A DNA stretch of 64,000 bases from Bilabrum cf. latius (Eukaryota): the NCBI GenBank assembly GCA_965178125.1, contig OZ237741.1, positions 1,302,001-1,366,000 of the forward strand, given 5' to 3'. The position numbers were made by a program, and so were the translations under genes. Of this stretch, positions 11,861 to 24,703 are shown one piece after another (the stretch's first letter is position 1; each line of letters starts with the position of its first letter). The notes beneath the pieces are model-generated. The model worked only from the letters and a program-made list of their open reading frames with translations, did no database searches and was not told the origin of the DNA.

Positions 11861-14800
11861 TTAGCCTCTCCCCGCCCCCCCCGTGGCCGCCATCGTCTTG
11901 CCCCCCGTCTCTCGGACGCTCCTCGGTCCCTTGGAGGCCCCTCCTGCACCTGCACCGGAGGCCGCAGGTGGGTCCAGCTTGTACCCCTTGGACAGCCGCT
12001 CGCACATGAGCGCAATGCGCTTGTGGACCTTGCTCGTGTCCGGCGGCATGGTCAGGGGAGTTGCCACGGCCCTCGCCGCCGCCTGCACTAGGCTTGCATC
12101 CCCGTCCGCGGCGCCCCCCAGCTTGGTCCTAAGCAGGTGGGACAGGGCAGAGTCGGTCGTCTCTTCCCACCCCTGCTCCGTCGTGTCTCGCACCACCACT
12201 CCCAGGTGGGAGGACAGCACGGCCTCTGCAGCCGCACTCATGCCGAACCTTAGAGCCAGCAAGAGGCAGAGCAGCTTAAGCGCCGCCCCCAGCGCGTCCT
12301 AAGCCATGGCCAGCGCCGCCTGACCCTCCTCGATGTCGTTGATGGCGCGCATGCACTGCGCGTGCGCGTCGTGGAGTAAAACGTCCATGCCGCCCATGGC
12401 TGCCGGCGTCCTATCTCTGTACCTTGACAACAGCCGCCTCTGCACCATCCTGTACTGGTGCCCACGGTCGTTCAGCGACCTGTGCGCCTCCAGCACACGC
12501 ACCCTAGCAGCGAAGTGCTGGTCCACAGCAGCGAGCACGTCCCTCAGGGGCACCGCGCTGGCGTACCACATGCGGTACCTGGCGCCCTCGCCCGCACTGT
12601 CCCCGTCCTCCTCGCCCCCTCCATCGGCCTTGCCCTTGGGAGCTGGGGTACCCTGAGTAGTCGCAAAGTGCCTGGCCAGTCGTCTCCGGAGGTCGATGGC
12701 AGCCAGGGCCCGGGCCTCCAGCGAGGCTGCCTGCACCCTGTATCGACCGCTGCTCTTTGAGGCCAGCACCTGCACGTCCGCCCCGTTCCTGTACCTGAGG
12801 GTGATCAGGTTGCTGGCGTGCTCCCCGATGGCGTGCATGTCGGCGTGTGACACCTCCTCCTGAGCCAGCACGTCCTCGTACAGGGTGGAGAGAATTGGAG
12901 GCATCATGTTGGTCTCCAGGGTCAGGGGGGGGACCTGCAGCCGGACGGGGGGCACGGCTCGGCAGAAGAGGGCAAGGGGGAGTTCGGCCTCGGCGTGGGC
13001 CACGCGGGCCTCCCCCTTGGCCCCTTTATACGTGGCGATTCCCATCAGCTCCGTGGTGGCTGGCATCCCGCGAGTGGGGTCGCACATCACGTGCAGCCGC
13101 ACCTCGACCGGCTCCGACGCACCCCCCTGCAGCCGGGGCACAACCGCCGTGCCTGCCTCCTCCGATCCGCCGGGGCCGCCTCCGGCCACGGCCACGGCCC
13201 CCGGCGGCAGCCTCAGCGAGATGCGGATGTCCTCTGCTGCTGTGTCTGCGCCTCCCGTGAACTGAACGAGGGCGCGGACGGTCGTGGTGGCAGGCGGCAG
13301 CACGGGGGCTCCCACGCTCTCCCCGTGGGCCGCCGCGGCCCTGGCCTCTGCAGACCCGGGAGGCAGCGTCTGGACCTGAGGCTGCACCGCGAGGCGAAGC
13401 ACCACCACGTCAGAGGACCCCGACCCCTTGCCCTCCGCCACTGCCTGCTGCTGCTCGATCTGCCCCAGAAGCTCCCTGTACTCCTTGTCGATCGCCCCAT
13501 AGTCCACCTGCTTGCCCTCTGCGCCCACGATGCCGGAAGCAGACTGCTTCGGCGGCTCGGTGCCCATGTACGTCACCAGCACCCTGCCCTGGGTATCCAG
13601 GGTCACCAGCAGACCGGGCACGCCGTCGAACCGCCCAGATCGCACAGCCACGGGAGTGGCCTGCAGCCTCGCAGACCACAGCAGGTCGGGCCCGTCCTCG
13701 CCCAGCACGTGCAGCTGGCTCGCCGTCCCGCTCTACCCGCCGTATCCCGTGTCTGCGCCGGGCGCGCACACCACCAGCCGTTCCCCCGGCCCCGCCCTCG
13801 AATCGGGAGCGGACGTCGTGGAGGTCCCATCCTGCCCCACCACGCACGAGCACAGCGGAGTGTACCCCAGCCTCCGCTGTGCCCTCACCGCGCTGGGTGC
13901 CTCGGACCCGTGCGCTGCCGCTGACCTGGACGTGACCTGCGCCCCTCCTGCCGCGCCCCCGTCCGGCCGCACGAGGAAAATAGACCGCCTTCCCACCAGC
14001 ACAAGCTCCGTGGCCCGATCCGCCGCATGGGCAGAGGCCGTCTCGGAGAGCCTGGCCACTTGCACCGAGAGGCACGGCTCGCCCAGGTTGACGCTCCACT
14101 CGGAGGACACCCGCCGCCCCGCGCCCAGCCCCCCCGATCCACCGCCTTTGCCCACCCCTGCACCCCCATCTGCCCCCCCCCTGCCTCCGGCCTCGCCCCC
14201 CTCCCCCCCCTCGGCCGCCTGGCTCTCCGCCCTCGGCCTCCTGTGCTGGGGGAGGGAGGAGGTGGCGGCCGCAAGCACCGAGTACTTGAATGCCCTCAGC
14301 TTGTTCTCCGTTCCCAGCACCGCGAAGGCATCAATCGAGGGCACGTAGCACATAGGTCCGGGCAGGAGAGAGTCGGGCAGCTGCCTCGTGAAAGCCGCCC
14401 GGTCCTGCTCGAACACCGCCAGCTGCCCGTCCATGCTCTGCACTGCCAGGGACTCGCCCTCTGCGCGATGGAAGGAGGGAAATGAATCACGAGGAACAGG
14501 TCCATGACCGGTGCGCGCGCGGGTCAAGCAATAAGGGCAGCCATGGGCAGGTGCGTCGGGTTGCGATCTCAGTGCTCACCCCCTCGTCCGCCAAATGGAC
14601 CGGCGCACATGTTGTAAGCCGTGAAGTGCAGGCCGCCAATGCCTAGCTTGTGCTCGTACAGTTTCGTGAGCGACAAAAAATCCGGTCCTTTGCCGCTCTT
14701 GCTCGCCGCCAGGCCCTCGCCCGAGGCGAATTTGACCTGTGTCTCGTAAACCACGAGCGACCGAGGATGCAGCACGGCAAGCACCAAGTGCGTGCGACGG

Positions 14801-15242
14801 CTGCGCAAAAGCACCCATAAATAAGTAGTGCAGAAGCAGGTTCGACTTCTTTGGACAGGTGCGGACAGGAAAGCGAGCCACTTGGCCTAGCGATAGTCTC
14901 ACGATGCAAAACGGCCAATTTCTAGCTGCAGGACGGGCTACCCGACTGACTGCTCCAACAAGAGGTGTTCAACATCGCCTTTGTCGCGACGGGGAGCATA
15001 GATTCGCACGATTCCATTCAAAGACCCGGTCACTATCTTGTCTGCGACAATTGGTTCGAACACGCTGGCTTATCTCAGCCTTTGCACACTCGCAAGGTGA
15101 TAGCTAGCCGACTACAGCAACAATTCTCACCATTGCCATCTGCGGAATTATCGACATTACCCACTGCGATTGCACCGTGCACAAACTCCTCGCTGGATTC
15201 CACAGCCGTGCTCCACCATTCGCGGGCCTCGAACAGCGACAT
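11861..15242 (-). CDS. BBS9: BBSome subunit BBS9/PTHB1; several 5' introns; in-frame TAGs at 14938, 13733 and 12299
   Basis: N-terminus MSLFEAREWWST...EEFVHGAIAVGNVDN, DKIVTGSLNGIVRIYAP, PVLQLEIGRF, LAVLHPRSLVVY, VQSMDGQLAVFEQD, LLPGPMCYVPSIDAF, ASKSSGRYRVQA, QYRMVQRRLLSRYRD and EQGWEETTDSALSHLLRT. Ends in TAA 11861-11863. Confidence 0.9.
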
Positions 15243-15635
15243 GACGACAGGGTACCCTCTAGCTTAGAATTATGCGTATAATCAATGAACTGACAGATTT
15301 TCACGAATAGTTGACGATCAGAACCAGTGCAGCGGGGACGCAATTGGGTTGCTCGCCGTTGCGCTGGGCGGTTGTAACCACTCGAGCTGCCGAGCGCAGA
15401 GCCACGGCGCCAACGCAACGTTCGCAAGGCCTCGTTCGATGCTACGGGCAAGCTGTTCCATATAAGGACGTATGCCTGGTTCAGGCTGGGCCGCCGGCGA
15501 TGGCTGCCCTACCTCTCCGAGTCAGCACTCAAACGCGCAATGCGAAGGCTGCTGAGCAATAGCCGTGATTCATTGACCACGGAACAGAGGTACAACTATG
15601 GGATGAAAGCTCATCCCATGCTGCATCGGCTAAAA

Positions 15636-16883
15636 TCACCCCATCGCCTCCTCCAGCACTCTCACGCACTCGGCATGCCCACCACGCCGAGCCGCCTCCA
15701 GCGGTCCCATGTGCACCGCACGACCCGTATTGTCCCGAAATAATCCCTCCCGTTCAATCCCACCGGCTAGCTTGCCCAGTTTTAGTCGTTTGGCCAGCTC
15801 CATGGGCCTACCCTCACTCGCCGCCTGGAAGACCATACTGGCATCTCGCTTTGCCTCGACTGCCCTCCTCCACTGCAGCACGGCTGCAGCTCGGAACCTG
15901 AGCGCCAGCTCTATTTGGAGCTTTTCCGAACGGGTGCAATGGGGCATCATTTCTAAAACACGCTGTTTTGCGCTGTCAAACTCAAGCTGCGGTCGCAGCA
16001 GCAGCCGCAGCGCGGGGTGCTCTACTGTGCTGGCCGGCACGTCGCCTGACTGCGCGCGTCGCTAGTAAGGGGCGTTCCTAAGAACACAGACAGTGCAAGG
16101 ACAACAGCGGCAGTAGGGCCTGGGTTGACCTTCCTTTCTCACGAAATCCACCGCATCCACGTCCTCGATGGCCCCGGCCATTGCGAGGACGGTGCATGTT
16201 ACCAAGTGCTCGTTGTTGGCGGCCAGGTGCAGTGGGGTCTCAGAAAACTGCGACACCGTTCTGTGTAGCAAGGCTGTTGATAATAGATGGACAGCGAATC
16301 GTGTGCTCATGGTTTGGCTGCATGCTGGGCCAAGCTCACTGAGGTCACTGCACGCATGTTTGCACCGTATCTCGCGAGCAGCTTGCATACCGCCCAGTGG
16401 CCGTGGCACGCGGCAAAATGAATTGGCCGGTAGTACTCCTGCGACGAATTAAACACGTGCTTGAAAAGCACAGCGCGCCCTTCGGATGCGATACGGATCG
16501 GATCGATCCAACCCGATTGACTAGAGAAACGGCCTCACACAGCCTTTGCCCGTTTTAGCTTCTGTATTCGCCCCATATTGTAATAGGAGCGTACAAATGT
16601 CTTTGCTTCCAGCCCTACTGGCAAGGTGAAGCGGCGATATCAACTACGAAAAGCGGATCCATTGCGAAAAGGGAGCGGCTAAACACTGTGTGCCGGATAA
16701 AATTGCAGCCCCAATTTTCTACTGGCTACTTACAGTTGATTCGATGCTTGCGTATGGTTCACCGAACTGAATCTCCATCAGGCAGCTGGCATTTGCCAGT
16801 GACGGGTCCAACTGCAACAGTCTGCAAACTTCTGTGCTGGTCTTTAGCTTGATTGCTTCAAAGAGCAATTGCTTGGGATCCAT
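15636..16883 (-). CDS. Multi-exon ankyrin-repeat protein
   Basis: Exons read MDPKQLLFEAIK..., SPLHLASRAGSKDICTLLLQYGANTEAK, FSETPLHLAANNEHLVTCTVLAMAGA and PLEAARRGGHAECVRVLE, with GT-AG boundaries. Ends in TGA. Exon limits approximate. Confidence 0.7.
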
Positions 16884-17061
16884 CTCGAATTGATGCGGAT
16901 TCAGTTTGTGGTGAATCTAGCAGTATTGGAACACAAAAATGGGGACACGAATTCGAGCAGTAGATCCTGTGGTGGGCTGATCGGATACGGAACCTCAGGC
17001 AGTGTCTTCAGGTCGGCAGGGCCTATCTAATCGATTTCTGGCGTCAAAAGTAAGACAGCAG

Positions 17062-20000
17062 TCAAGTGCGTGGGAATGCATGGAGCAGCGCACCGGGAGC
17101 GTAGCTGCGCAGCATGGTGTGCACCACTCCCACGACGGCCAGTCTTGCCTCGGAGGCAGCGATCCCGTCCCGGTCCCGCTGATCATCGCCACTGGAAGGC
17201 AGAACACGCCGCTGACCCGCAAGCACCGCCACCCTCCTTGCCGCCCTGGTGCCCAGCATATCCAGCCCCGCCACATCCACAGCAACCCGACGGGCCCGCC
17301 TCCGGACCTGTCTCAAGTGCTCGTCCTCATCCACTCTACCCGCCGCACCGGCCCGCCGGCCCCCTTCGCCGTCACCAACCGCCGCCTCCAGCAGCGTCCG
17401 GACAACATGGTCGGTCGCATCCGCCATGCAATGCACCTGAGACGCCACCCTCGCTCCCCCCAGCGCGTTCATCGTCCTCTCCACCTCCCCCAAGTGGGAA
17501 GCGCGCTCTGCAGCCAGAAGGGTCCCCGGGGTGGCCGCGTCGCTCCACACGTGGAACGGGCTCAGCAGTGGGGCGCACGCGCGCAGCACGTGGTAGGCAG
17601 GATCCCGGAGAAAGGTGGCCGCGCCTGTGGCTCCTATCCCGGCACCGGGGACGCTTCCACCTCTTGTCGATGTGGACGCCCACAGCGGCTGTGCCCCGGA
17701 AACATGCAGCAGCGGCTACGGGCCAGGACCTAGCCTGCCGTGGCAGGCTCTCGCAGCTTCCCGCAGCTGCTGCACGAGCCGCCGATGCCCCTGCATTCCC
17801 AGCTGCTCCGATTTCTCACCCCCATCCACACCTCCAGCTGCATCCCCACCCGCAGATCCACCAGTCTCCTGCCCCTTCATGCGCGGGTCGTACATCCTCA
17901 CTGGAGCCAGGCCCGGTTCCCGCATGGGTGGCCACAGGTGCGGCAGCCCCACACCAACGTGCGCCGACAGAAACCCGAAGAACACCATGGGCCACTTGGA
18001 CGCACGACAGCTCTGTTCGACCGCTGCCAGCAGCTCGCTCTCGCTGGCGGCGGGGCCGGGCGTGTCTGGCGACGCCTCGGTATCGCTAGGACTAGCAGGT
18101 GCTGCTGCTGCTGCAGCAGTACGAGGACTGCCATGCAAAGCAGATCTGCCTGGTCCGTACGCTCCTGCCTCCCTCAGCTGCGACAGGGCCACTCGCATGG
18201 CAGGCGCGCCCACCATCACTGTGGCATGCCTCGAGGCACTGGTCTCTGGGAGCAATTGCCCGCGATCCAGCCTCTGCGCATAGGACGGCACATATGCCTC
18301 TTCATCCGAGTCTTCTCCGCCGTCCATCGAGAGGCTAAAGCCGACCGACTGCTCCCCTACCGCACCTTCTCGCCGCCTCGAGGAGGAGGAGGAGGAGGAG
18401 GAGGAGGCTCCACCCTCGGTGCCATAATCACCCTAGCCTCTACCGTCGTCCTCCTCCTACTCGGAATGGAGGCAAAAAGCCTCGCTGGCCCGCTCGCCCG
18501 ACACAAATCGATCGGAGCCTGGATCCAGTTGCATGCCGACTTCTATGCCTACTCCAGCGGTACTAGCCGCATCGGCAGGCAGGCCTCGGGCTGCCGAGGC
18601 CTCGTGCACAGACCCTCGATCCGAATCTGAATCACCACTGCCTGATCCGGACCAATCGCTTGCCGCCGCTGACCCGGCTGCGGCGCGGCTCCCATCCACC
18701 GGATCTCGTCTATCCTCGCCGCCTGCCACCCTTGCGGCAACCTCCAGCCACCGATGCTCGCCAGCACCACCTCTGCAGTACACCTTGGCACATTCCCTCA
18801 GCTGAGTGTCCGACAGCGGCTACAGGGGTCCCTCGCACAGCGTGTCAACAGAGCCACCCGCCTGCGAGTATGCTGGCCCGGGTGCCTGACTTCCTATGGC
18901 TCCGCCTCCGCCTCCATCCTCATCTTCATCCTCATCCTCATCGGTGCTCGATTCACCTTCATCTCCATGGACGTGCTGGAAGGGCTCTCCCGCCGCTGCG
19001 AGGTAGTCCAGCCGCTTGAATGCAAAGCCCAGGTGGTGCAAGCACCGGGGACAGTGCATGGACTGCCACGCATAGCCCGCGAACCAGGAAAAGCTGGTGG
19101 TGGGGAGGTCCTTCAGCTCGGGCATGGGCAGCTTGCAATGAGCTCTCACCGAGTCATCCTCAGCCGCCTCCCGCGCGTCATCGCCCTCAATCTCGCTGAT
19201 GCCCGCCTGCCGCAGCATCTCCACCAGCAGATCTCTCTCACCCTTTGAGCTGAATGCCGCCCTGCTCTCGGCCGTGAGATCGTCCCCCATTGCCTCCATG
19301 AGCTCTCGCACCTGTACTCCCTGCAGCGAGTCGCCCAGCCCGGGCAGGTTAAGCACCCGGTCAAGCCCCCGCTTCACGTGCACGTCATGAAGACCTTTCT
19401 GCAGCGCACCAAACGGGCCCGAGGACTGCACCACGGGGCGACTCAGCTAGGCAAGGGCCACGCGGGCCAGGGCAGGACGCTTGATCCGAAGCGCTGCGGG
19501 CGGGACGGAGGTCTGTGCCGATGCTCCCCATGCATGGAAGAGCTCCCGGGACTGGGCGCGCAAAGCAGAGAGGCTGGTGGGGTCACTGGGATCCGTTGAG
19601 GGGCTCGGGCGGCTGCTCCACTGGCTGGTGGCAGGTGCTGGCGCAGGAGCTGAGGACGACGCTGACGCCACAGAGGCCGGTGCAGGTGCGACCGGTGCCG
19701 GTGAGTCTGGAAGGCTCACCGCAGGCCGCGGGCTTGGAGGGGCGGGCGTGTCCGTGTCCCGGCTGTGGTACTCTGGGGGCATCACGGCGCACAGCAGAGG
19801 GGCCTGCACGCCCCCTGGGTTCTCGAAGCGGGGTGTGTGCTCCGGTCCGTGGAAGTTGTAGGCGCACCGGAACGGGAGGAGGGACTGCCCACACTGGGAG
19901 CAGCGAATCATCGGCACTGACGTCACAGCTGACTCGCCAGCTCGCCGGGGCACGCGGCCCGTCCCAGCCGAGTCCTGAGTGACGCACGACTCGGCTGCCT

Positions 20001-23000
20001 CCGAGGTGACGCTCCCACTCGAGACACCCTGCGTGAGCCCCTCAGTGGCCGCGGTGTCCGTCTGCTTCACTCCATCCAGCCAGCTGACCTTGGGCGTCCC
20101 AAGCGCGGGTGGTGACCCGCTGGCACTTCGGCCCTTGCTACCACTTGTGGCTCGGTCTGTCGGCCGGCCACGGTCAGGAGACATCCGAGGGGATGTCCTT
20201 GGGGAGATCGTTGGGGAGTTTTTAGGGGAGTGTCTGCTCCATGAAGCTGCACTTGCCGGAGTTCTAGGGGATCCCCGCCCCCTACCAGGCTTGGCTCCGG
20301 CTCCGGCTGCCTGCCTCTCCAGCTCGGCGCGGGCGGCGTGCACATCCGCCGAGCAGTGCACCCCTGTCTGCACTTTGTCCAGCAGAAGCATCTTGGCTAC
20401 CAATCGATGTGCTATGATCCGAGATGAAGCATGCCCCGGCTCCACTGCATCTCCTTGCGAGGCTGCATGGAACAGAGCACCAGCCATCCTCACGTCTCTG
20501 CTGAGGCACCGGGGCACCCGCGCGAAGGCGGGCTGTTCCCCCTGCAGGCAGTGCGCAGTGAATTCCGCCTCGACGGGGCACGGGCCGTGGTGCCCTCCCC
20601 TCGCGCTGGGCCTGGGCCACTGCCTGCCCTCCCCACGCCTCCACGCCTGGGCCACGTCGATCGCCATCCTCCTGCTCGCGCTGACCCCGGCGGGCAGGCG
20701 CTGCTCCTGATCGAAGGGCGGGACGGAAGCGCCTGCCGCACCACGGCTCGCCGAGCTGTCACTTTGGCCACCTTCGCCTCCGAGTTGCCCCCTGTGGCTC
20801 GGCAACGGATGCAGCAGTCTCTCCTCCTGGGCCCCCGCCGCGTGCACCACATACCTCACCGCGCTGTGCGACACGCCGAGCAGATCCTAAGTGGGCCTCC
20901 GCAGAGCCTGGCTCAGTCGCACCTGCAGCCCCGCAGCGGGGTGCAGGTGGTCGAACATCTGCATGGGCTGGCTCATGGTGCCCAGCAGACTGGCGGTGTG
21001 CTGCCACCGAGCCACCGCGGGGCCAGTCCACCCAGCGCCTGCTGTGGACTCGGCCGCCTCCCACGCCTCGGGAAGCGGGTATTGCACTGCAGAGACAGAG
21101 GGGGCACTTGCTGCGACAGCCGACTAGATGTGTTTCTGCCGTGATGCATGCCATGCAGCTGCTCCTGCCCCAGAGCGGACGAGGGGCCTGCCTGTGCTGA
21201 CAGCAGGCAGACAGGCCGCCGCCTCGCTGGCAGCCACCACAGGGGCGCACTTCCTGAGGGCGCGGAGGGACGAGGCCCACTCGTCACACGGGGCCCCTGC
21301 CGCGGCTCGGCGGCTCGCGAGGTCCTTAAGGCGGTCCAACAGCGGAGTGCGGGATCGAGAAGCGGTGCTAGACGGAGTCGCTAGCACCGCTGATGCAGCA
21401 GCAGCTGCTGCTACTACCGGCAGTTGCAGACGCGGGGGAGGCCAGCTCGAAGACTGTGACGACTAGGCCCGGTTAACTGCCGGGCTTGGGTGAGCCCCGT
21501 GTTCCTCCCGTTCGTGGTCACTCTGACTGCCATACCCATAACCCTGACTGCCATACCCATAACTCTGACTGCCATACCCATAACTCTGACTGCCATACCC
21601 ATAACTCTGACTGCCACTCCCAGAGACAGGGCGGAGGTACCTCAACCACACGGGAAACCTGCCACCCCCACCACCACCACCACTATCGGCTCTCTTTCTG
21701 CCTTCTCGAGGAGGAGACACGGAGGCCCCGGGCCTTGCCCTCTCTAGCCTCGCGAGCCGCGCGTAGGCGTGCGATCGACCCACCGGCAAAGAAGGTGAGG
21801 GTGAGGATGAGGAGGAGGAGGCCCCGCTGCGGCCCAGCCCCGCCCGTGATCCAGACCGAGAGGATGCGAGCCCGCTGCTGATGCCCCCGCCCATCCCTCG
21901 GTCGCTGGCCAGCTACAGGCGCGAGGTCTCCTGCATCTGCACGTGGGCCGGGGCCATCAGGCTGGCGCTCGATGCCCCCGGAGGAACCCCAGCGAACCTT
22001 CCCCATAGCTCCATAGAGTCACGAGAGGACGCCGGAGCTGGCATCGATCGAGATGCGTGCACCCTCCCGGGGCCCAGCCTCGGCAATCCCCTACTATGCG
22101 CCCCATCGGGTGGACCAGGGCGATCGCCTGTGGCCGAGCCCCGGGATTCTGAGCCGGTGCTTCCTGCAGACAAGCCAGCACTATGAGCTGGACCATGTTC
22201 ATTCCTTTCTTTTGCCTGTCGGTGCCTTCGATGCCCGCGCACCCCTGGGTGCAGGGCCCGACGCAGCAGCGCCCGGCGAGCACCAGGCCCGAGGCAGCTC
22301 CCTGCCATCAGGGGGTGCGCGGGCGGGCGGGAGGGGAACTCGGGGAGGGGGCGAACCTTCACGAAGGCGGGTTCCTGCCCGCCCATGGTAGCAGCGGCGT
22401 GCACGGCATGGTCTCCTTCTGGATCGAACACGGGGCAGGGAGCAGACACCGACAGCGGCGGGAGCGGCAGATCATGAAGACGCGAACGGAGCTCCAGGGC
22501 TGATGCATCGGGCCAATCGAATAGTACCCGCTATACCTATTTACCAGCCGCATCTGAACCTTCGCATAGCCGGAATACCGGGCGGATGGACGATTCGACG
22601 AGCTCCTAGAGGTGCTCACTCACGCGAGCACCGGCACCGGCACCGCTGGAGCACCGTGTAGCGTGCTGTTTGAGGGCGCTAGCAAGCGCAGCAAATGGCT
22701 TTGTCGATGTTACTTTTCCTCGAGCCAGGACTTTCACGACGCACCCAAGCGATTCGTCGGCTCCTAGCGTGCTTGACGATCCAAGATTGCACACGAAGAC
22801 GACCTCTGCAATCAATACGACATCATTTGGCATGGCTGAAGTACGCCTCCAGCTCGTTACCATTGTCTGTGCTTCTGATGGAAGCAGAGCCACAAGCTAA
22901 GGACGAGAAGGCACCTGTGATCGGTCTTTTGGTGGCTGCAACACAAGCTTGTGCAAGGTCTCGGCCTACGACGGCCCTAATGGGACACGTTGGCCGGGTG

Positions 23001-23181
23001 TGATAGCTCCTTGGTCATATAGCACTTGCTTATTCATGCAAATCAGCGGTATGATCAGGCCAGAAGCGCTGTGGCGCTTCAGGACACGATCTCCACCAGA
23101 CGGCAGGTCATACCCGGCTGGATGATCCGGCGTGAGCAGGTACCTATGCGAAGCGCACTGCCCATGCAGCAACGACTACAT
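17062..23181 (-). CDS. CRBN: Cereblon homologue (LON-N-like region plus split CULT/thalidomide-binding domain), ~2,040 codons, 15 in-frame TAGs
   Basis: One frame from ~23181 to TGA 17062-17064, interrupted only by TAG. ASHRYL...IIPLIC...ITPGQRVPL resembles the CRBN N-terminus. IRCSQCG...FENPGG and FSWFAGYAWQSMHCPRCLHHLGFAF match the CULT domain. Start uncertain (an upstream exon is possible). Confidence 0.75.
21520..21616. repeat. Coding tandem repeat, 21-bp unit x ~4.6 (ACTCTGACTGCCATACCCATA), encoding GSQSYGY repeats in the cereblon frame
   Basis: Directly visible; one unit has a single substitution. Confidence 0.95.
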
Positions 23182-23975
23182 ACGGACAGTTCAATGCTAT
23201 CTTGATGTCGGCCCAGCACGCGACAAATAGGGCTCACTGGGCCCGGTAGCACTGGGTTTCGTTCCGATTCCGAACCACGCAGTCCTGGGCCAATTATTAG
23301 GTGAGTGCAACGGCTGATGGCACGTTGGGAACCTAGTGAATGCTTCGGAGATATCAATTTCAACCTAAGGCTCGGTATGGGTAACGCCGCACGTCTAGGA
23401 AGCGCACCTCGCCATGGGCGGATAGTAATCAACCACGGCAACCATCCGGTCAATTGGCAGCTGCACACCTGGTGGTGCTGCGGCATCCTTATCGATACCG
23501 GTTTGCCTCACGCATTACAGGGGCCTTCCCCCAAGGGTCCTAGCTGCGTGCGCTGGGGCAGGCAGGTAGAAGCGCCCTTTCAACCGACGGGCCCTGCCCC
23601 GCCCTCCGACAACCGCGATGCATGCCGCACCGTTACGACAAGCACCGATATGACCAGCATCGGCAGCGGCCAAAACAGCAAGAAGTGGCTGCAGGTCCCA
23701 CTCGTTACCCTTGATCAATATACACTCTTCCCCACATCACACAATCGGAAATACCAGTCCAGTGGCAGTGAGTGATATTGACCAGGACCTGTCAAACACC
23801 AGAGGGCCACATGGCATATGTTGTGCTATGACTTATGACCCGAGATCGATCGATCGCGCGGCGCCACTCCCACGCCCGGCTCGCTCGCTCGCGATACTAG
23901 TACCCGCGGGGCGGCACGGGCAGACCCTTGTGAACACCATGGCGCATTCGTGCACAGTACCTGCTGGGAGATGGA

Positions 23976-24374
23976 TCACCACAACCACCCCCGTCTGCCA
24001 CCTCCAGCTGCAGTCGCGGCCATGTCTGCAGGGTCTTGCCCGGTAGCGGTGGTATAATGCTGCGTCACGTCGATCCCAAGCCGCCCCCCGACGAACGTTA
24101 GCAGTGACAAGGGGCTATGCCACAGCCAAAGTCCCAAAATGAGGGAAGCTCCTGACAAGAACCCGCTAAGGTACACAATCAGGCTTCGGATTGTTAGCGA
24201 AATGCCTACTTGCAAGGGCGTCATCTCTTGCGCCGGCTCTGCCTCCGAGGTATCGTCTGGTGCCGCGACCTCTCCAGCATCTGGCGCCGACTCTTCTGCT
24301 GGTACGTCTTCAGTACTCCGAAAGCGCTGCTGCTCAGGCGCTACGAATGGAGCGGCGATGGCTTCATCTTCCAC
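23976..24374 (-). CDS. Exon of a hypothetical membrane protein (acidic N-terminal part, then hydrophobic helix); remaining exons unresolved
   Basis: EDVPAEESAPDAGEV...LQVGISLTIRSLIVYLSGFLSGASLILGLWLW. No family recognised with confidence. Confidence 0.35.
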   Translation of the reverse strand: MEDEAIAAPFVAPEQQRFRSTEDVPAEESAPDAGEVAAPDDTSEAEPAQEMTPLQVGISLTIRSLIVYLSGFLSGASLILGLWLWHSPLSLLTFVGGRLGIDVTQHYTTATGQDPADMAATAAGGGRRGWLW

Positions 24375-24703
24375 TGGTCCGGTAGCCCGAGGCGACAGGT
24401 GCCCCTATCGAAGTACGGGCCCATAAGCGAGCACACCCGACGAGACCGCCAAAGCCACGCATAATATCGCACTAATTTGACGAGTCATTACCGCAATTTT
24501 CTCATTTCTTCTGTAATTTGGGATGAAAGCGGCCCGGAAAGTTCCGAGCCGAATTTCGCTGGTTTTTAATCTTCTTCTTGATGAAAGTTCAACTGTTTGG
24601 TTGCAACCGATAAAAACGAAAAATGAAGATCATACCAGACGCGCGCTTGCCGAAGGAGCTTTCCGTGGGGCTTTTCGCATATCAAACACGAGCATTGGCT
24701 GCA

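Noticed and set aside
15272-15568. Possible small plus-strand ORF read through two TAGs, divergent from BBS9
   Set aside because: No recognisable motif, and its ATG is only 30 bp from the BBS9 start. Support is insufficient.
16062-16064. TAG between two ankyrin-gene ORFs as another recoded codon
   Set aside because: It probably lies inside an intron (GTGAGA donor after ...AVDF, CGCAG acceptor before SGDVP), so I did not count it.
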